Source: Mizuhopecten yessoensis
Taxonomy: Eukaryota
Reading direction: 5' to 3'
NCBI RefSeq assembly: GCF_002113885.1
Contig: NW_018407210.1
Span: forward strand, 160,926-205,292
Length of the DNA: 44,367 nucleotides
Shown: one piece after another, positions 1 through 10,690 of the stretch
How the letters are laid out: every line of letters begins with the position of its first letter
Numbering within the stretch: the first letter of the stretch is position 1
The notes under the pieces: model-generated
The model's input: the letters and a program-made list of their open reading frames with translations, nothing else
Database searches by the model: none
Told to the model about the DNA's origin: nothing
Made by a program: the position numbers and the translations under genes

Positions 1-200
1 CATAACATGGTTTGACAATTGTGTGGTGTAGGTCTGATCACAACTTGAACATAACATGGTTTGACAATTGTGTGGTGTAGGTCTGATCACAACTTGAACA
101 TAACATGGTTTGACAATTGTGTGGTGTAGGTCTGATCACAATTTGAGCATAACAAGGTTTGACAGTTGTGTGGTGTGGTCTGATCACAACTTGAACATTG
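1..200. repeat. Tandem repeat, 49-bp unit (cataacatggtttgacaattgtgtggtgtaggtctgatcacaacttgaa), ~4 copies
   Basis: Unit restarts at 1, 50, 99 and 148; the last copy is diverged. Confidence 0.9.
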
Positions 201-397
201 ATCACGACTTTGACAAAAATCTATATTTAATCTTGTGTTTTAAAGAACGCAAATATACAATATACCTTCAAATATCTTAAACATACAATAAATATGATAT
301 TTCAGTTAAAGGAAATACATATGGAAAAAACATTCAAAACTAACCAGCTTGCAGTAAAATTTCAACATTTCAAAGCTAACAAAACTAAGGCGATTAC

Positions 398-534
398 CTC
401 TGCCACTAGATCCATCAGTTTGCCACACACGTTCACACCCGTAAGTTCCACTGGATTGACTTCCTTCCCATCAGCAATCAGTCCAGATTTGACCTTTGAC
501 ATGGGGTCCAAAACATCTTTTACATCTTTTAAAT
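398..534 (-). CDS. PARP4: PARP4-like exon 13 (start of VIT domain): (N)LKDVKDVLDPMSKVKSGLIADGKEVNPVELTGVNVCGKLMDLVAE
   Basis: Matches human GLQDASGNLVPLEDVHIKGRIIDTVAQ. tttcag acceptor and GAG|GTAATC donor. The gene continues beyond the window start. Confidence 0.6.
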
Positions 535-1039
535 CTGAAATATGATTTTGTTACTATGATAGGAATTCACAAACAGAAACATCACGTAAATGCATTTATT
601 TACAACTGTTTTTTTTGTTTATTTGCTAATTCACAGTAATGTTGCTTATACTTAACAGGACTTGTAACTTTTGTATATAAAATGTATAGTCACATAAAAG
701 GTGTTTATACATTCTAATCCTAAAAATAAACTGTTTACTTGCCTATTTTTATGTTTAACATTTTTTGTTTATAATAAAAGAACACTTCTTCCTGCAAAAA
801 GCTTATTGCCTAAAAGATTTGCCTAACTCTCAATCCTAATTTTAACCAGATGTAATGGGAACACAAATATAGTTTTATTTGTAGAAAAACATTTACCAAA
901 TTATTAATAAAATGTCTTTTTTTCTCTTGTTTATGTTAAAATAAGAATAAAAGAGAACAAGAGGCCCAAAAGGCTGTCAATTGTTGCAGCTCTTCTAGTG
1001 AAAAATAGAAAACATCTGAGCCAATTAGATGCCAGGACA

Positions 1040-1915
1040 GTCAACTTGGAATTTTGGATAGGTGCAAAATGTAAGAAAACTAGGTGATAACCTTAAAGGG
1101 AACACTTGTACTCTGTATGGAAGTCAATCGCTGCAGCCAGTTTTGAAAAAAGTAAAAAAGGAAGCCATCTTGGAATTTCAGATTGGCACGGAAAGTGATA
1201 TCACTTGTTTGGGATGTTTGTTCAAGTTTCATGTCAATCCCTGCAGCCATTGCAGAGAAGAAGTCAAAAATGTCTGAGCCAACCACAAGCCATAACAGAC
1301 ATCTATTTTCAGATTGGCGCAAAAGGTATTAACACTTGGTTAGGACCACATAAGGAACATTTGTAACAAGTTTCCAGGCAATTGCTGCCGCCATTCTTGA
1401 AGTTGTATATGTCTCTTCAAATCAGAGGGCAAGGTGTACCAACTAGAAGCCAGGGAAGCTGTCATGAATTTTTTATATTGGCACAAAAACTAACAACACT
1501 TGGTTGAACCCACACACACACATTTGTACTAAGTTTGGAGTCAATCATCGAAGCTGTTTTGAAAGAAAATAAAACTTTCTCAGCCAATCAGAGACCAAGG
1601 CCAATCTTAAATTCTCAGCCAATCAGAGACCAAGGCCAATCTTAAATTCTCAGCCAATCAGAGACCAAGGCCAATCTTAAATTTTGAATCAAAAAGAAAA
1701 GTATGAATGCTTGGTGGTGACATTCCAGGAAATGTTTCTATTGAGTTTGGAGTCAATCACTGAAATTATTCTTGAGAAGTTAAAAATATCTAGAGGCCAT
1801 GCTGGCCATCTTTGATTTGTGGATTGGCACAAAAAGTAACAACACTTGATCACCCTAAACAGGAACAATTCTGTATCAAGTTTGGAGTCAGTCAATAATG
1901 TTGCTCTCAAGAAGT
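1040..1915. repeat. Degenerate higher-order tandem repeat, ~185-190 bp unit (motifs ttggcacaaaaagtaacaacacttg / ggaacatttgta.aagtttggagtcaatca / gaagtcaaaaatgt), ~4.5 copies
   Basis: The same blocks recur at ~1190, 1300-1400, 1480-1560, 1700-1770 and 1810-1900. Confidence 0.7.
1578..1684. repeat. 35-bp tandem repeat (ttctcagccaatcagagaccaaggccaatcttaaa) x3, nested in the 185-bp repeat
   Basis: Three near-identical consecutive copies. Confidence 0.9.
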
Positions 1916-3215
1916 CAAAATGTTTCTGCTGACCATATGTCAGAAACGCTAAGTCAAAATGTTTCTTCTGACCATATGTCAGAAACGCTAAGTCAAAATG
2001 TTTCTTCTGACCATATGTCAGAAACGCTAAGTCAAAATGTTTCTGGTGACCATGTCAGGTAAGCTAAGTCAAAATGTTTTTGCTGACCTTATGTCAGGTA
2101 CGCTAAGTCAAAACGTTTCTGCTGACCATATGTGAGAAACGCTAAGTCAAAATGTTTCTGGTGACCATGTCAGGTAAGCTAAGTCAAAATGTTTTTGCTG
2201 ACCATATGTCAGGTAAGCTAGGTCAAAATATTTCTGCTGACCATATGTCAGAAACGCTAAGTCAAAATGTTTCTGGTGACCATGTCAGGTAAGCTAAGTC
2301 AAAATGTTTTTGCTGACCTTATGTCAGGTACGCTAAGTTAAAATGTTTCTGCTGACCATATGTAAGAAACGCTAAGTCAAAATGTTTCTGGTGACCATGT
2401 CAGGTAAGCTAGGTCAAAATATTTCTGCTGACCATATGTCAGGTACGCGAAGTCAAAATGTTTCTGCTGAACATATGTCAGAAACGCTAAGTCAAAATGT
2501 TTCTGCCGACCATGTCAGGTACGCTAAGTCGAAATGTTTCTGCTGACCATAGGTCAGGTAAGCTAAGTCAAAATGTTTTTGCTGACCTTATGTCAGGTAC
2601 GCTAAGTTAAAATGTTTCTGCTGACCAGATGTCAGGGAAGCTAGGTCAAAATGTTTCTGGTGACCATGTCAGGTAAGCTAAGTCAAAATGTTTCTTCTGA
2701 CCATATGTCAGAAACGCTAAGTCAAAATGTTTCTTCTGACCATATGTCAGAAACGCTAAGTCAAAATGTTTCTTCTGACCATATGTCAGAAACGCTAAGT
2801 CAAAATGTTTCTGGTGACCATGTCAGGTAAGCTAGGTCAAAATGTTTCTGGTGACCATGTCAGGTAAGCTAAGTCAAAATGTTTTTGCTGACCATATGTC
2901 AGGTAAGCTAGGTCAAAATATTTCTGCTGACCATATGTCAGAAACGCTAAGTCAAAATGTTTCTGGTGACCATGTCAGGTAAGCTAAGTCAAAATGTTTT
3001 TGCTGACCATATGTCAGGTACGCGAAGTCAAAATGTTTCTGCTGAACATATGTCAGAAACGCTAAGTCAAAATGTTTCTGGTGACCATGTCAGGTAAGCT
3101 AAGTCAAAATGTTTTTGCTGACCATATGTCAGGTACACTAAGTCAAAATGTTTCTGGTGACCATGTCAGGTAAGCTAGGTCAAAATGTTTCTGCTGACCA
3201 TATGTCAGGTAAGCT
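1905..3215. repeat. Minisatellite, 36-39 bp unit (gctaagtcaaaatgtttcttctgaccatatgtcagaaac and variant gtcaggtaagctaagtcaaaatgtttctggtgaccat), ~35 copies
   Basis: Period 39 between successive gctaag motifs; two alternating subvariants. Confidence 0.95.
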
Positions 3216-3470
3216 TTCTTGGATTACAGATTGACAAGAAATGTAACAACACTTGGTCAGGACTTCATAAGCAACATTTGTACCAAGTTTGATGTCCATC
3301 TGTAGAGCCACTGATCTACAGTAGACATAAAAATGTCTCAGATAATCAGAGGCTGAGGCAACCAGGTTTTTTTCAGATCAAAACATAATACAACACTTGG
3401 GACAAGAAAAAGATCATTTGTTTTAAATTTGGAGTCAATCATTTTGGTGGTTCTTAGAAATAAAAAGTAA
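3215..3470. repeat. Continuation of the ~185-bp degenerate repeat on the far side of the minisatellite
   Basis: The blocks acaacacttgg..catttgtaccaagtttgatgtc and acaacacttggg..tttggagtcaatca recur. Confidence 0.6.
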
Positions 3471-3694
3471 CCAACTGTCGACGATCAATGCACTCTATAA
3501 GACGGATAGCATAGTCCAATCAGGAAATTACAATGACATTTCAAAGAATGGAAATCATTATATGATATATCTAAAAACAATACAACTTTTCTGCATTCAA
3601 CATTTTTCCTGATTTTTAAAGTAAAAAAAAGAATTACATGAAAATACTTTTGAGAAAATAGGCTATAAAATCAATATTTTCATATCTATAAAAT

Positions 3695-4135
3695 GTGTTT
3701 AAGATACAACTTACTGATTTTGTCGGTTTGTGTTTTAGATACAACTTACTGATTTTGTCGGTTGCTGTTGGGTGAGTATTTGTGTCTATGCTGTCGTGTA
3801 AAGATACAACTTACTGATTTTGTCGGTTGCTGTTGGGTGAGTATTTGTGTCTATGCTGTCTTGTAAAGATACAACTTACTGATTTTGTCGGTTGCTGTTG
3901 GGTGAGTATTTGTGTCTATGCTGTCTTGTAAAGATACAACTTACTGATTTTGTCGTTTGCTGTTGGGTGAGTATTTGTGTCTATGCTGTCGTGTAAAGAT
4001 ACAACTTACTGATTTTGTCGCTTGCTGTTGGGTCAGTATTTGTGTCTATGCTGTCGTGTAAAGATACAACTTACTGATTTTGTCGGTTGCTGTTGGGTCA
4101 GTATTTGTGTCTATGCTGTCGTGTACAGGTACAAT
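3695..4135. repeat. 65-bp tandem repeat (aagatacaacttactgattttgtcggttgctgttgggtgagtatttgtgtctatgctgtcgtgta), ~6.7 copies. Each copy carries a minus-strand A|GTAAGT donor
   Basis: Period 65 (3801 to 3866). The unit equals the 3' end of the PARP4 exon at 4075..4228 plus the first ~15 nt of the intron. Confidence 0.9.
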
Positions 4136-4228
4136 TTCCATGGGTATGGGTTTCTCACTGCCCACAGTGAACTCCACAAGGTAACACATCTTCTGTTGAT
4201 CCGGTGAGTATACTACATACTCATCCTC
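4075..4228 (-). CDS. PARP4: PARP4-like exon 12: EDEYVVYSPDQQKMCYLVEFTVGSEKPIPMEIVPVHDSIDTNTDPTATDKI
   Basis: Matches human EDDEFVVYKTNQVKMKYIIKFSMPGDQ. tgtgtag acceptor; the A|GTAAGT donor lies inside the first 65-bp repeat copy. Confidence 0.7.
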
Positions 4229-4325
4229 CTACACAATGAACACAAATACTAAACAGGTTTTATAGTATGTCCTGTAACAATGAACACAAATACTAAATGG
4301 GTTTTATAGTATGTCCTGTAGCAAT
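4212..4325. repeat. ~47-bp direct repeat x2.4 (caatgaacacaaatactaaa.gggttttatagtatgtcctgta)
   Basis: Visible direct duplication. Confidence 0.8.
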
Positions 4326-4924
4326 GGCTGGGATTGAAGAGTTAAAGCTATTTGTATAGTCGCCAACCTTTTTTGAGAGAGGATCAAAATTAATATAGCA
4401 TTAAAAAAATCACATCTGTTGAAATCCTGTTCAACACATGAAAAAAAATGATTAACAGTGACAAACACATACATGTATATAGATGCCCTTCTCATTTTAA
4501 AAATATGATGCAAGAAGTTTAAAACGAGGTTATAGAGATTTTTTAATGATTAATTAGTGTATTTCATTTACATATAAAAAAAGAAGTGCAACACTAAACA
4601 AATTTCTGTGAGGTTGGTTAGCACCGTGGAAGCAAACTCAACTCTCACCAAATTTGTCACCAGTTTGCTCCAAAATCAAGACCCCTGTAGGTGTCCCATC
4701 AAGGTCAGCAAGAGTGATTAATATAAGTTCATAAAAACTGTTTCATAACTAGAAATTTATAATAACTAGAATATGTCTCACCTTATAAGCCAATGTGCAT
4801 ATTTGGAAGAATAGAAAGGTCACATCAAGATTAAGGTGTATAAACTCTAAACCATTAAACTTTTAAATTGTTCTGGTTGATGTTAAATTGTCTTAACAAT
4901 TTGGTTAAGTTTCGGCAGCTATGG

Positions 4925-5430
4925 TACTATAGACACATTTACATAAAAATAGGAATTATCACACATCTGATTACAATCTGGTTCCTCTATTGGCTCATGG
5001 AACTTATGCTGCAGACAAACTTCAGTATAAAAAACTAACATAGGGCCATATCTTTTTATATAGTGAGGCAAGAGACCCGATTGCAGTACGCAACTCTCCG
5101 CCATTCCAAGATACTAAAATATAGCAAGTTTGGTCAACGTAGGTGAAATACCATGGAAGTTATGCTGTGGACAAACTTTGGTAATAAAAATAAACAAAGT
5201 GCTATAACTCAGTATATAGTGGGTCAAAAGACCCGATTTCAGTGCGAGAGATTCCGCCTTCTCAAGATATATAAATATGCTAAGTTTGGTCAACGTAGGT
5301 GAAATAACATGGAACCTATTCTCAGGACAAACTTCGGTATTAAAAATAAACAAAGAGCCATAACTCTGTATATAGTGGGGCACAAGACCTAATTCCAGTG
5401 CACTGCACACCTTCTGTGGGTGATGCAGGT
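4925..5430. repeat. ~165-170 bp tandem repeat x3 (catggaa.ttatgctg.ggacaaactt.ggta.taaaaa...gtttggtcaacgtaggtgaaata)
   Basis: Three diverged consecutive copies; the reported minus-strand ORFs here are repeat read-through. Confidence 0.8.
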
Positions 5431-5723
5431 ATACTTCAAGTTAAATTATCTGGGTGTGACAAAAGTTTACTGAAAATGTTGCACTTATTTGACCTTTGAC
5501 CTTGAGGTGAAGGTCACAGTGACCTAATTCTAGTGCACTGCACACCTTCTATGGATATCTTTAATGGTTTAGAATTCATGGCCCGGACAAGTTGCGTTTA
5601 GAAAAAGAAGAAGAACCAGAAGAACCAGTACTAATACAATATGTCTCCCTTCATTCCGAAGGAGAGACATAATTATTGTAAAATAAATAAAGTAAAAAAA
5701 CAACCTCTGAACAAATGACTTAC

Positions 5724-5880
5724 CGTGAAGTCTGAGCGTTTGTTGGATGTGTTGGCCACACCATGGACACTGGAGTAACCATTTGGGGCACGGTCAAGTG
5801 TCTGGTCATGCTTGTACAGGTCCATACACCTACCCAGAGCCACTTTATTGACCAGCATCATTCTCGTGCCCCGGCTCTTA
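5724..5880 (-). CDS. PARP4: PARP4-like exon 11 (PARP catalytic): (S)KSRGTRMMLVNKVALGRCMDLYKHDQTLDRAPNGYSSVHGVANTSNKRSDFT
   Basis: Matches human TDGTRLLLICDVALGKCMDLHEKDFSLTEAPPGYDSVHGV. The gtcag|T acceptor is chosen for phase; ACG|GTAAGT donor. Confidence 0.75.
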
Positions 5881-6322
5881 CTGACCTGTGAGTACTTTAC
5901 ACTAGTACTGGACAGACACAATTGTATCCAATTACTGACTGCTGATGAGGTGGGTGAAATGTATATACATACCCATGTAAGCTTATATTCAACTGATGCC
6001 AAGTATACCATCTTCAATTCTCAATTTGACAAATTAAATACATTAATTACTTAATTTCTGAATGTATATGGGTTAAATTCTGCACTTCAGGTTTTTATGG
6101 CTAAGTAACTTCACAAATTCAACGAAACCGAGAACGCTACTTTTAAATTAAGTAGCACAAAAACCTGCTAAACTTAAGATTTTTTTCATTTAAAAATATC
6201 ATAGATACATTTTTTCCAAAAGTCTAAAAGCAGTACAGGTACTTTTAATGTAAATTCTAACAAATCTGCAATCCTTGAACAATGTTTCTAGTAAGAGTAC
6301 CCTAGATATATTATACATTTAC

Positions 6323-6421
6323 CTGGCAGCACTTGCAAAATAGATGCCTGCTCCCAACATGCCAGCATCTGTTCTCTTGCCTCCATACTCATCCACAACC
6401 ATCTTTGGCATCAGTAAGCCT
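6323..6421 (-). CDS. PARP4: PARP4-like exon 10 (PARP catalytic): (R)GLLMPKMVVDEYGGKRTDAGMLGAGIYFASAA(S)
   Basis: Matches human RGLLLPKVVEDRGVQRTDVGNLGSGIYFSDS. ctccag acceptor and CAG|GTAAAT donor. Confidence 0.8.
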
Positions 6422-6904
6422 CTGGAGAACACAATGTAAGCATAGGCTGTACATAGGCTGTACATATGTGAGTTACATTACAAAGAGGAACTACAGTCTT
6501 ACCACTTACCACGTTTTTAGTTTTCCCATTTTTAGTTCAAACAAAACAGATTGTCACCAGTTGCCTCAAACACCAACAAGTCAAATAGGAGCTACATTTA
6601 TAAGATGTTTCCTAAAGGAACACCTGGAGTACTTAGAATTGTTCCAAGTATCATACAAATCAAAGTTCTGACATATCAATATAGTGATAGTATAGACATC
6701 AACAGCCCATCTATATAATAATGACATACTGGTATGCGTCATCTAACGCAACTCAGATCCAAAGACTGACAATTAGACATTCATAGAAATGTGAGAGTAA
6801 ATGTTGTCAGGAGAACTTCCCTATATATATAGTTCACCCCGGTAAAATACCATAATAGTGAAGAGAACTTCCCTATATATATATTTCACCCTGGTAAAAT
6901 ACTA

Positions 6905-6995
6905 ATCCCTTTCTGCTAGGTAACATTTCTCTATAGCTCATTCAGTAGAGCATAAGACTGATACACCAATGGTCTCAGGTTTGACTCCTAGTGGA
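6905..6995 (+). mobile_element. tRNA-derived SINE-like head (degenerate tRNA-Lys-like; A-box-like TAGCTCATTCAGTAGAGCA and B-box-like GGTTTGACTCC)
   Basis: Similar to the tRNA D-arm and T-arm, but the acceptor stem does not pair, so it is not a functional tRNA gene. A satellite follows directly. Confidence 0.45.
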
Positions 6996-7014
6996 GGCAT
7001 CGAAAAAAGTAATG

Positions 7015-7600
7015 ATCTCTGTTACATAGGTGCCCAAGGTGGGGCCTCTGTTACATACTGTAGGTGTCCAAGGTGGGGCCTCTGTTACATACTGTAGGTG
7101 TCCAAGGTGGGGCCTCTGTTACATACTGTAGGTGTCCAAGGTGCCCCGGGGCCTCTGTTACATACTGTAAGTGTCCAAGGTGGGGCCTCTGTTACATACT
7201 GTAGGTGTCCAAGGTGGGGTCTCTGTTACATACTGTAGGTGTCCAAGGTGGGGCCTCTGTTACATATTGTAGGTGCCCAAGGTGCCCCAGGGCCTCTGTT
7301 ACATACTGTAGGTGTCCAAGGTGGGGCCTCTGTTACATACTGTAGGTGCCAAAGGTGCCCCGGGCCTCTGTTACATACTGTAAGTGCCCAAGGTGGGGCC
7401 TCTGTTACATACTGTAGGTGCCCAAGGTGCCCCAGGGCCTCTGTTACATACTGTAGGTGCCAAAGGTGCCCCGGGGCCTCTGTTACATACTGTAGGTGCC
7501 CAAGGTGCCCGGGCCTCTGTTACATACTGTAGGTGCCCAAGGTGCCCGGGGCCTCTGTTACATACTGTAGGTGCCCAAGGTGGGGCCTCTGGTGTACTAG
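7015..7600. repeat. 34-bp (38-bp variant) satellite (ctctgttacatactgtaggtgtccaaggtggggc), ~16 copies
   Basis: Regular period; the Gly/Pro-rich ORFs on both strands are artefacts. Confidence 0.95.
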
Positions 7601-7662
7601 TCTTACGCTCCACAGAATAAAATTACATCAGATTATGTTTATGGTACCATAATTGTGTTTAC

Positions 7663-7800
7663 CTGGACAAAATCCCAACAAAGTTGTTTGGTTTGGATGC
7701 ATGAAACAAAAGGGTCTGGTTGAATATGTCCTTGGTAAAATGATCCTCTTCCATCTGTCTCTGTACCTCAAATACGTTCGTTATGTTCAGCCTGGTATTC
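7663..7800 (-). CDS. PARP4: PARP4-like exon 9: NTRLNITNVFEVQRQMEEDHFTKDIFNQTLLFHASKPNNFVGILS(R)
   Basis: ccccag acceptor and CAG|GTAAAC donor. Matches human IFRVGRVNETTEF..LGNVRPLLHGSPVQNIVGILCRG. Confidence 0.75.
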
Positions 7801-7934
7801 CTGGGGTACAAAAAAGACACAATATTATCTTTTCTTTATTTACAACTAAATGTTGCAAGAACTTGTGTATAACCCATATTTAAATTATCATCCCTTTCAT
7901 TCTATTTAGAATCAAAGATTAAATTACAACCATG

Positions 7935-8855
7935 GAAACATTAAAGTTGTCACAACCTCAGAAGTGTTACATTACCCGGTAAAACTTTTATAACCCCTGC
8001 TTACAACCTCAGAAGTGTTACATTGTCCGGTAAAACTTTTATTACCCGTGCTTACAACCTCAGAAGTGTTGCATTACCCGGAAAAACTTTTATAACCCGC
8101 GCTTACACCCTCAGAAGTGTTACATCATCCGGTAAAACTTTTATAACCCGTGCGTACAACCTCAGAAGTGTTGCATTACCCGGAAAAACTTTTATAACCC
8201 GTGCGTACAACCTCAGAAGTGTTGCATTACCCGGAAAAACTTTTATAACCCGCGCTTACACCCTCAGAAGTGTTACATTGTCCGGTAAAACTTTTATAAC
8301 CCGTGCTTACAACCTCAGAAGTGTTACATTACCGGGTAAAACTTGTATAACCCGTGCTTACAACTTCAGAAGTGTTACATTATCCGGTAAAACTTTTATA
8401 ACCCGTGCTTACAGCCTCAGAAGTGTTACATTACCCGGTAAAACTTTTATATCCCGTGCTTACAACCTCAGAAGTGTTACATTACCGGGTAAAACTTATA
8501 TAACCCGTGCTTACAACTTCAGAAGTGTTACATTACCGGGTAAAACTTATATAACCCGTGCTTACAACTTCAGAAGTGTTACATTATCTGGTAAAACTTT
8601 TATAACCCGTGCTTACAACTTCAGAAGTGTTACATTATCCGGTAAAACTTTTATAAGCCGTGCTTACAACCTCAGAAGTGTTACATTACCCGGTAAAACT
8701 TTTATATCCCGTGCTTACAACCTCAGAAGTGTTACATTATCCGGTAAAACTTTTATAACCTGTGCTTACAACTTCAGAAGTGTTACATTATCTGGTAAAA
8801 CTTTTATTACCCGTGCTTACAACCACAGAACTATTAAGCTTGTTCAAAACTGGTC
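7935..8855. repeat. 51-bp satellite (ccggtaaaacttttataacccgtgcttacaacctcagaagtgttacattac), ~18 copies
   Basis: A period of 51 (= 17 codons) explains the 292-aa ORF at 8023..8901 as an in-frame repeat artefact. Confidence 0.9.
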
Positions 8856-8864
8856 TCGCAACCA

Positions 8865-8990
8865 TAAAAGTTTCTTTAGAACAAATACTCCTAGAACATG
8901 AATTTACACTTCAAAGCATGTTTAGAACAAGTACTCCTAGAACATGAATATACATTTCAAAGCATGTTTAGAACCAGAACTCATAGAAAC
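8865..8990. repeat. ~46-bp repeat x2.7 (gaacaa.tactcctagaacatgaat.tacatttcaaagcatgttta)
   Basis: Direct repetition. Confidence 0.8.
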
Positions 8991-9106
8991 ACGATTCTTT
9001 TCCATTTTATTTTTTAATTTAATTTTTGCAAAGATTTATTATAATATCTCTTTTTTTTTCGCAAGGAGAACCATTCACTATGTTGAAGCCCCATTTTGTT
9101 ATTTAA

Positions 9107-9716
9107 AGCTATAAGCTAAAACAAAGAACTGCTATAATTAGCTAAAACAAAGAACTGCTATAAGCTAGAACAAAGAACTGCTATAAGCTAAAACAAAGAA
9201 CTGCTATAAGCTAAAACAAAGAACTGCTATAAGCTAAAACAAGGAACTGCTATTAGCTAAAACAAAGAACTACTATAAGCTAAAACAGAGAACTGCTATA
9301 AGCTAAAACAGAGAACTACTTTAAGCTAAAACAAAGACCTGCTATAAGCTAAAACAAGGAACTGCTATAAGCTAAAACAAAGAACTGTTATATAAGCTAA
9401 AACAGAGAACTGCTTTAAGCTAAAACAAAGAACTGCTAGAAGCTAAAACAAAGAACTGCTAGAAGCTAAAACAGAGAACTACTTTAAGCTAAAACAAAGA
9501 ACTGCTATAAGCTAAAACAAATAACTGCTATAATTAGCTAAAACAAAGAACTGCTAAATTAGCTAAAACAAAGAACTGCTATAAGCTAAAATAAAGAACT
9601 GCTATAAGCTAAAACAAAGAACTGCTATAATTAGCTAAAACAAAGAACTGCTATAATTAGCTTAAACAAAGAACTGCTATAAGCTAAAACAAGGAACTGC
9701 TATAAGCTAAAAACAC
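9107..9716. repeat. 23-bp microsatellite-like array (gctaaaacaaagaactgctataa), ~26 copies, with occasional 26-bp variants
   Basis: Regular period. Confidence 0.95.
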
Positions 9717-9769
9717 TGAAGCCTGTCTGTTTCCACATCAAGTACATTAGAACAGAACACGGTACATAC

Positions 9770-9930
9770 CCATCCAGAGACTTGTTGACCAGTGCCTTGA
9801 CTGTCTTGTACACATGGTGATCAGGGGCCCTGTGTTCTATCTGACACCTAAGGGCACGGTATTTGGACTCTGTCGACCCTCGGAGTGACCAGCCAGTGGA
9901 CTCACTGACCGTCAGCATGTCTTTCATCAC
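9770..9930 (-). CDS. PARP4: PARP4-like exon 8: VMKDMLTVSESTGWSLRGSTESKYRALRCQIEHRAPDHHVYKTVKALVNKSLDG
   Basis: ttggtag acceptor and GG|GTATGT donor. Matches human LIRDMVNVCETNLSKPNPPSLAKYRALRCKIEH. Confidence 0.8.
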
Positions 9931-10246
9931 CTACCAACCATTGAAGTAGAACCTGTTAAACTTGACCTCAAAGGATTTTATGTTTTCCCAAACTGAACCC
10001 AAATATCCAGATAGTTGAAATATTTTGCTTGGACCAAGCATGAAATATTTTTCTTAATCATGATAGTTTACAAATAAAGTTGAGCAGGATTCAGGGTAGC
10101 ATATTTCATTTTTAACCTTTTCCTTGAAAAAACAATAATAAAACTGACATGGTACTATGGACCAGGAGTACCTAATACATGTATCTATTGTTTGATTGAC
10201 AGCCAGCAATAAGTGACACAGATCTCTGTTGTATGAGTACTATGAA

Positions 10247-10690
10247 CTAGTAGAACCTACCTGACAAAGATCCTGTTCCGTAGACAACCAGGCGTTTTTG
10301 ATACAATTGGCTGTTGTGTCTGTAATGTGTACTAGTAGAACCTATCTGACAAAGATCCTGTTCCGTAGACAACCAGGCGTTGTTGATACAGTTGGCTGTT
10401 GTGTCTGTAATGTGTACTAGTAGAACCTATCTGACAAAGATCCTGTTCCGTAGACAACCAGGCGTTGTTGATACAGTTGGCTGTTGTGTCTGTAATGTGT
10501 ACTAGTAGAACCTATCTGACAAAGATCCTGTTCCGTAGACAACCAGGCGTTGTTGATACAGTTGGCTGTTGTGTCTGTAATGTGTACTAGTAGAACCTAT
10601 CTGACAAAGATCCTGTTCCGTAGACAACCAGGCGTTGTTGATACAGTTGGCTGTTGTGTCTGTAATGTGTACTAGTAGAACCTACCTGAC
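10247..10690. repeat. 85-bp tandem repeat, 5+ copies, duplicating the 3' end of PARP4 exon 10686..10844 plus its donor
   Basis: Copies start at 10247, 10331, 10416, 10501, 10586 and 10671. On the minus strand each copy reads ..aacgcctggttgtctacggaacaggatctttgtcag(a/g)taggttctactag. Confidence 0.9.

Noticed and set aside
294-545. 83-aa plus-strand ORF
   Set aside because: It is the antisense of PARP4 exon 13 (398..534, minus). The minus-strand reading has PARP4 VIT-domain homology.
1905-3215. Regularly spaced ~36-39 bp repeats that resemble a CRISPR array
   Set aside because: The units are contiguous with no unique spacers. The context is eukaryotic, with spliced genes and an LTR retrotransposon, and there are no cas genes. 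It is a minisatellite.
7239-7620. Pro/Gly-rich ORFs on both strands
   Set aside because: They are translations of the 34/38-bp GC-rich satellite and are not collagen-like genes.
8023-8901. 292-aa ORF on the plus strand
   Set aside because: It lies wholly inside the 51-bp (17-codon) satellite, so the lack of stops is an artefact of periodicity. It is in an intron of the minus-strand PARP4 gene and has no start or splice context.
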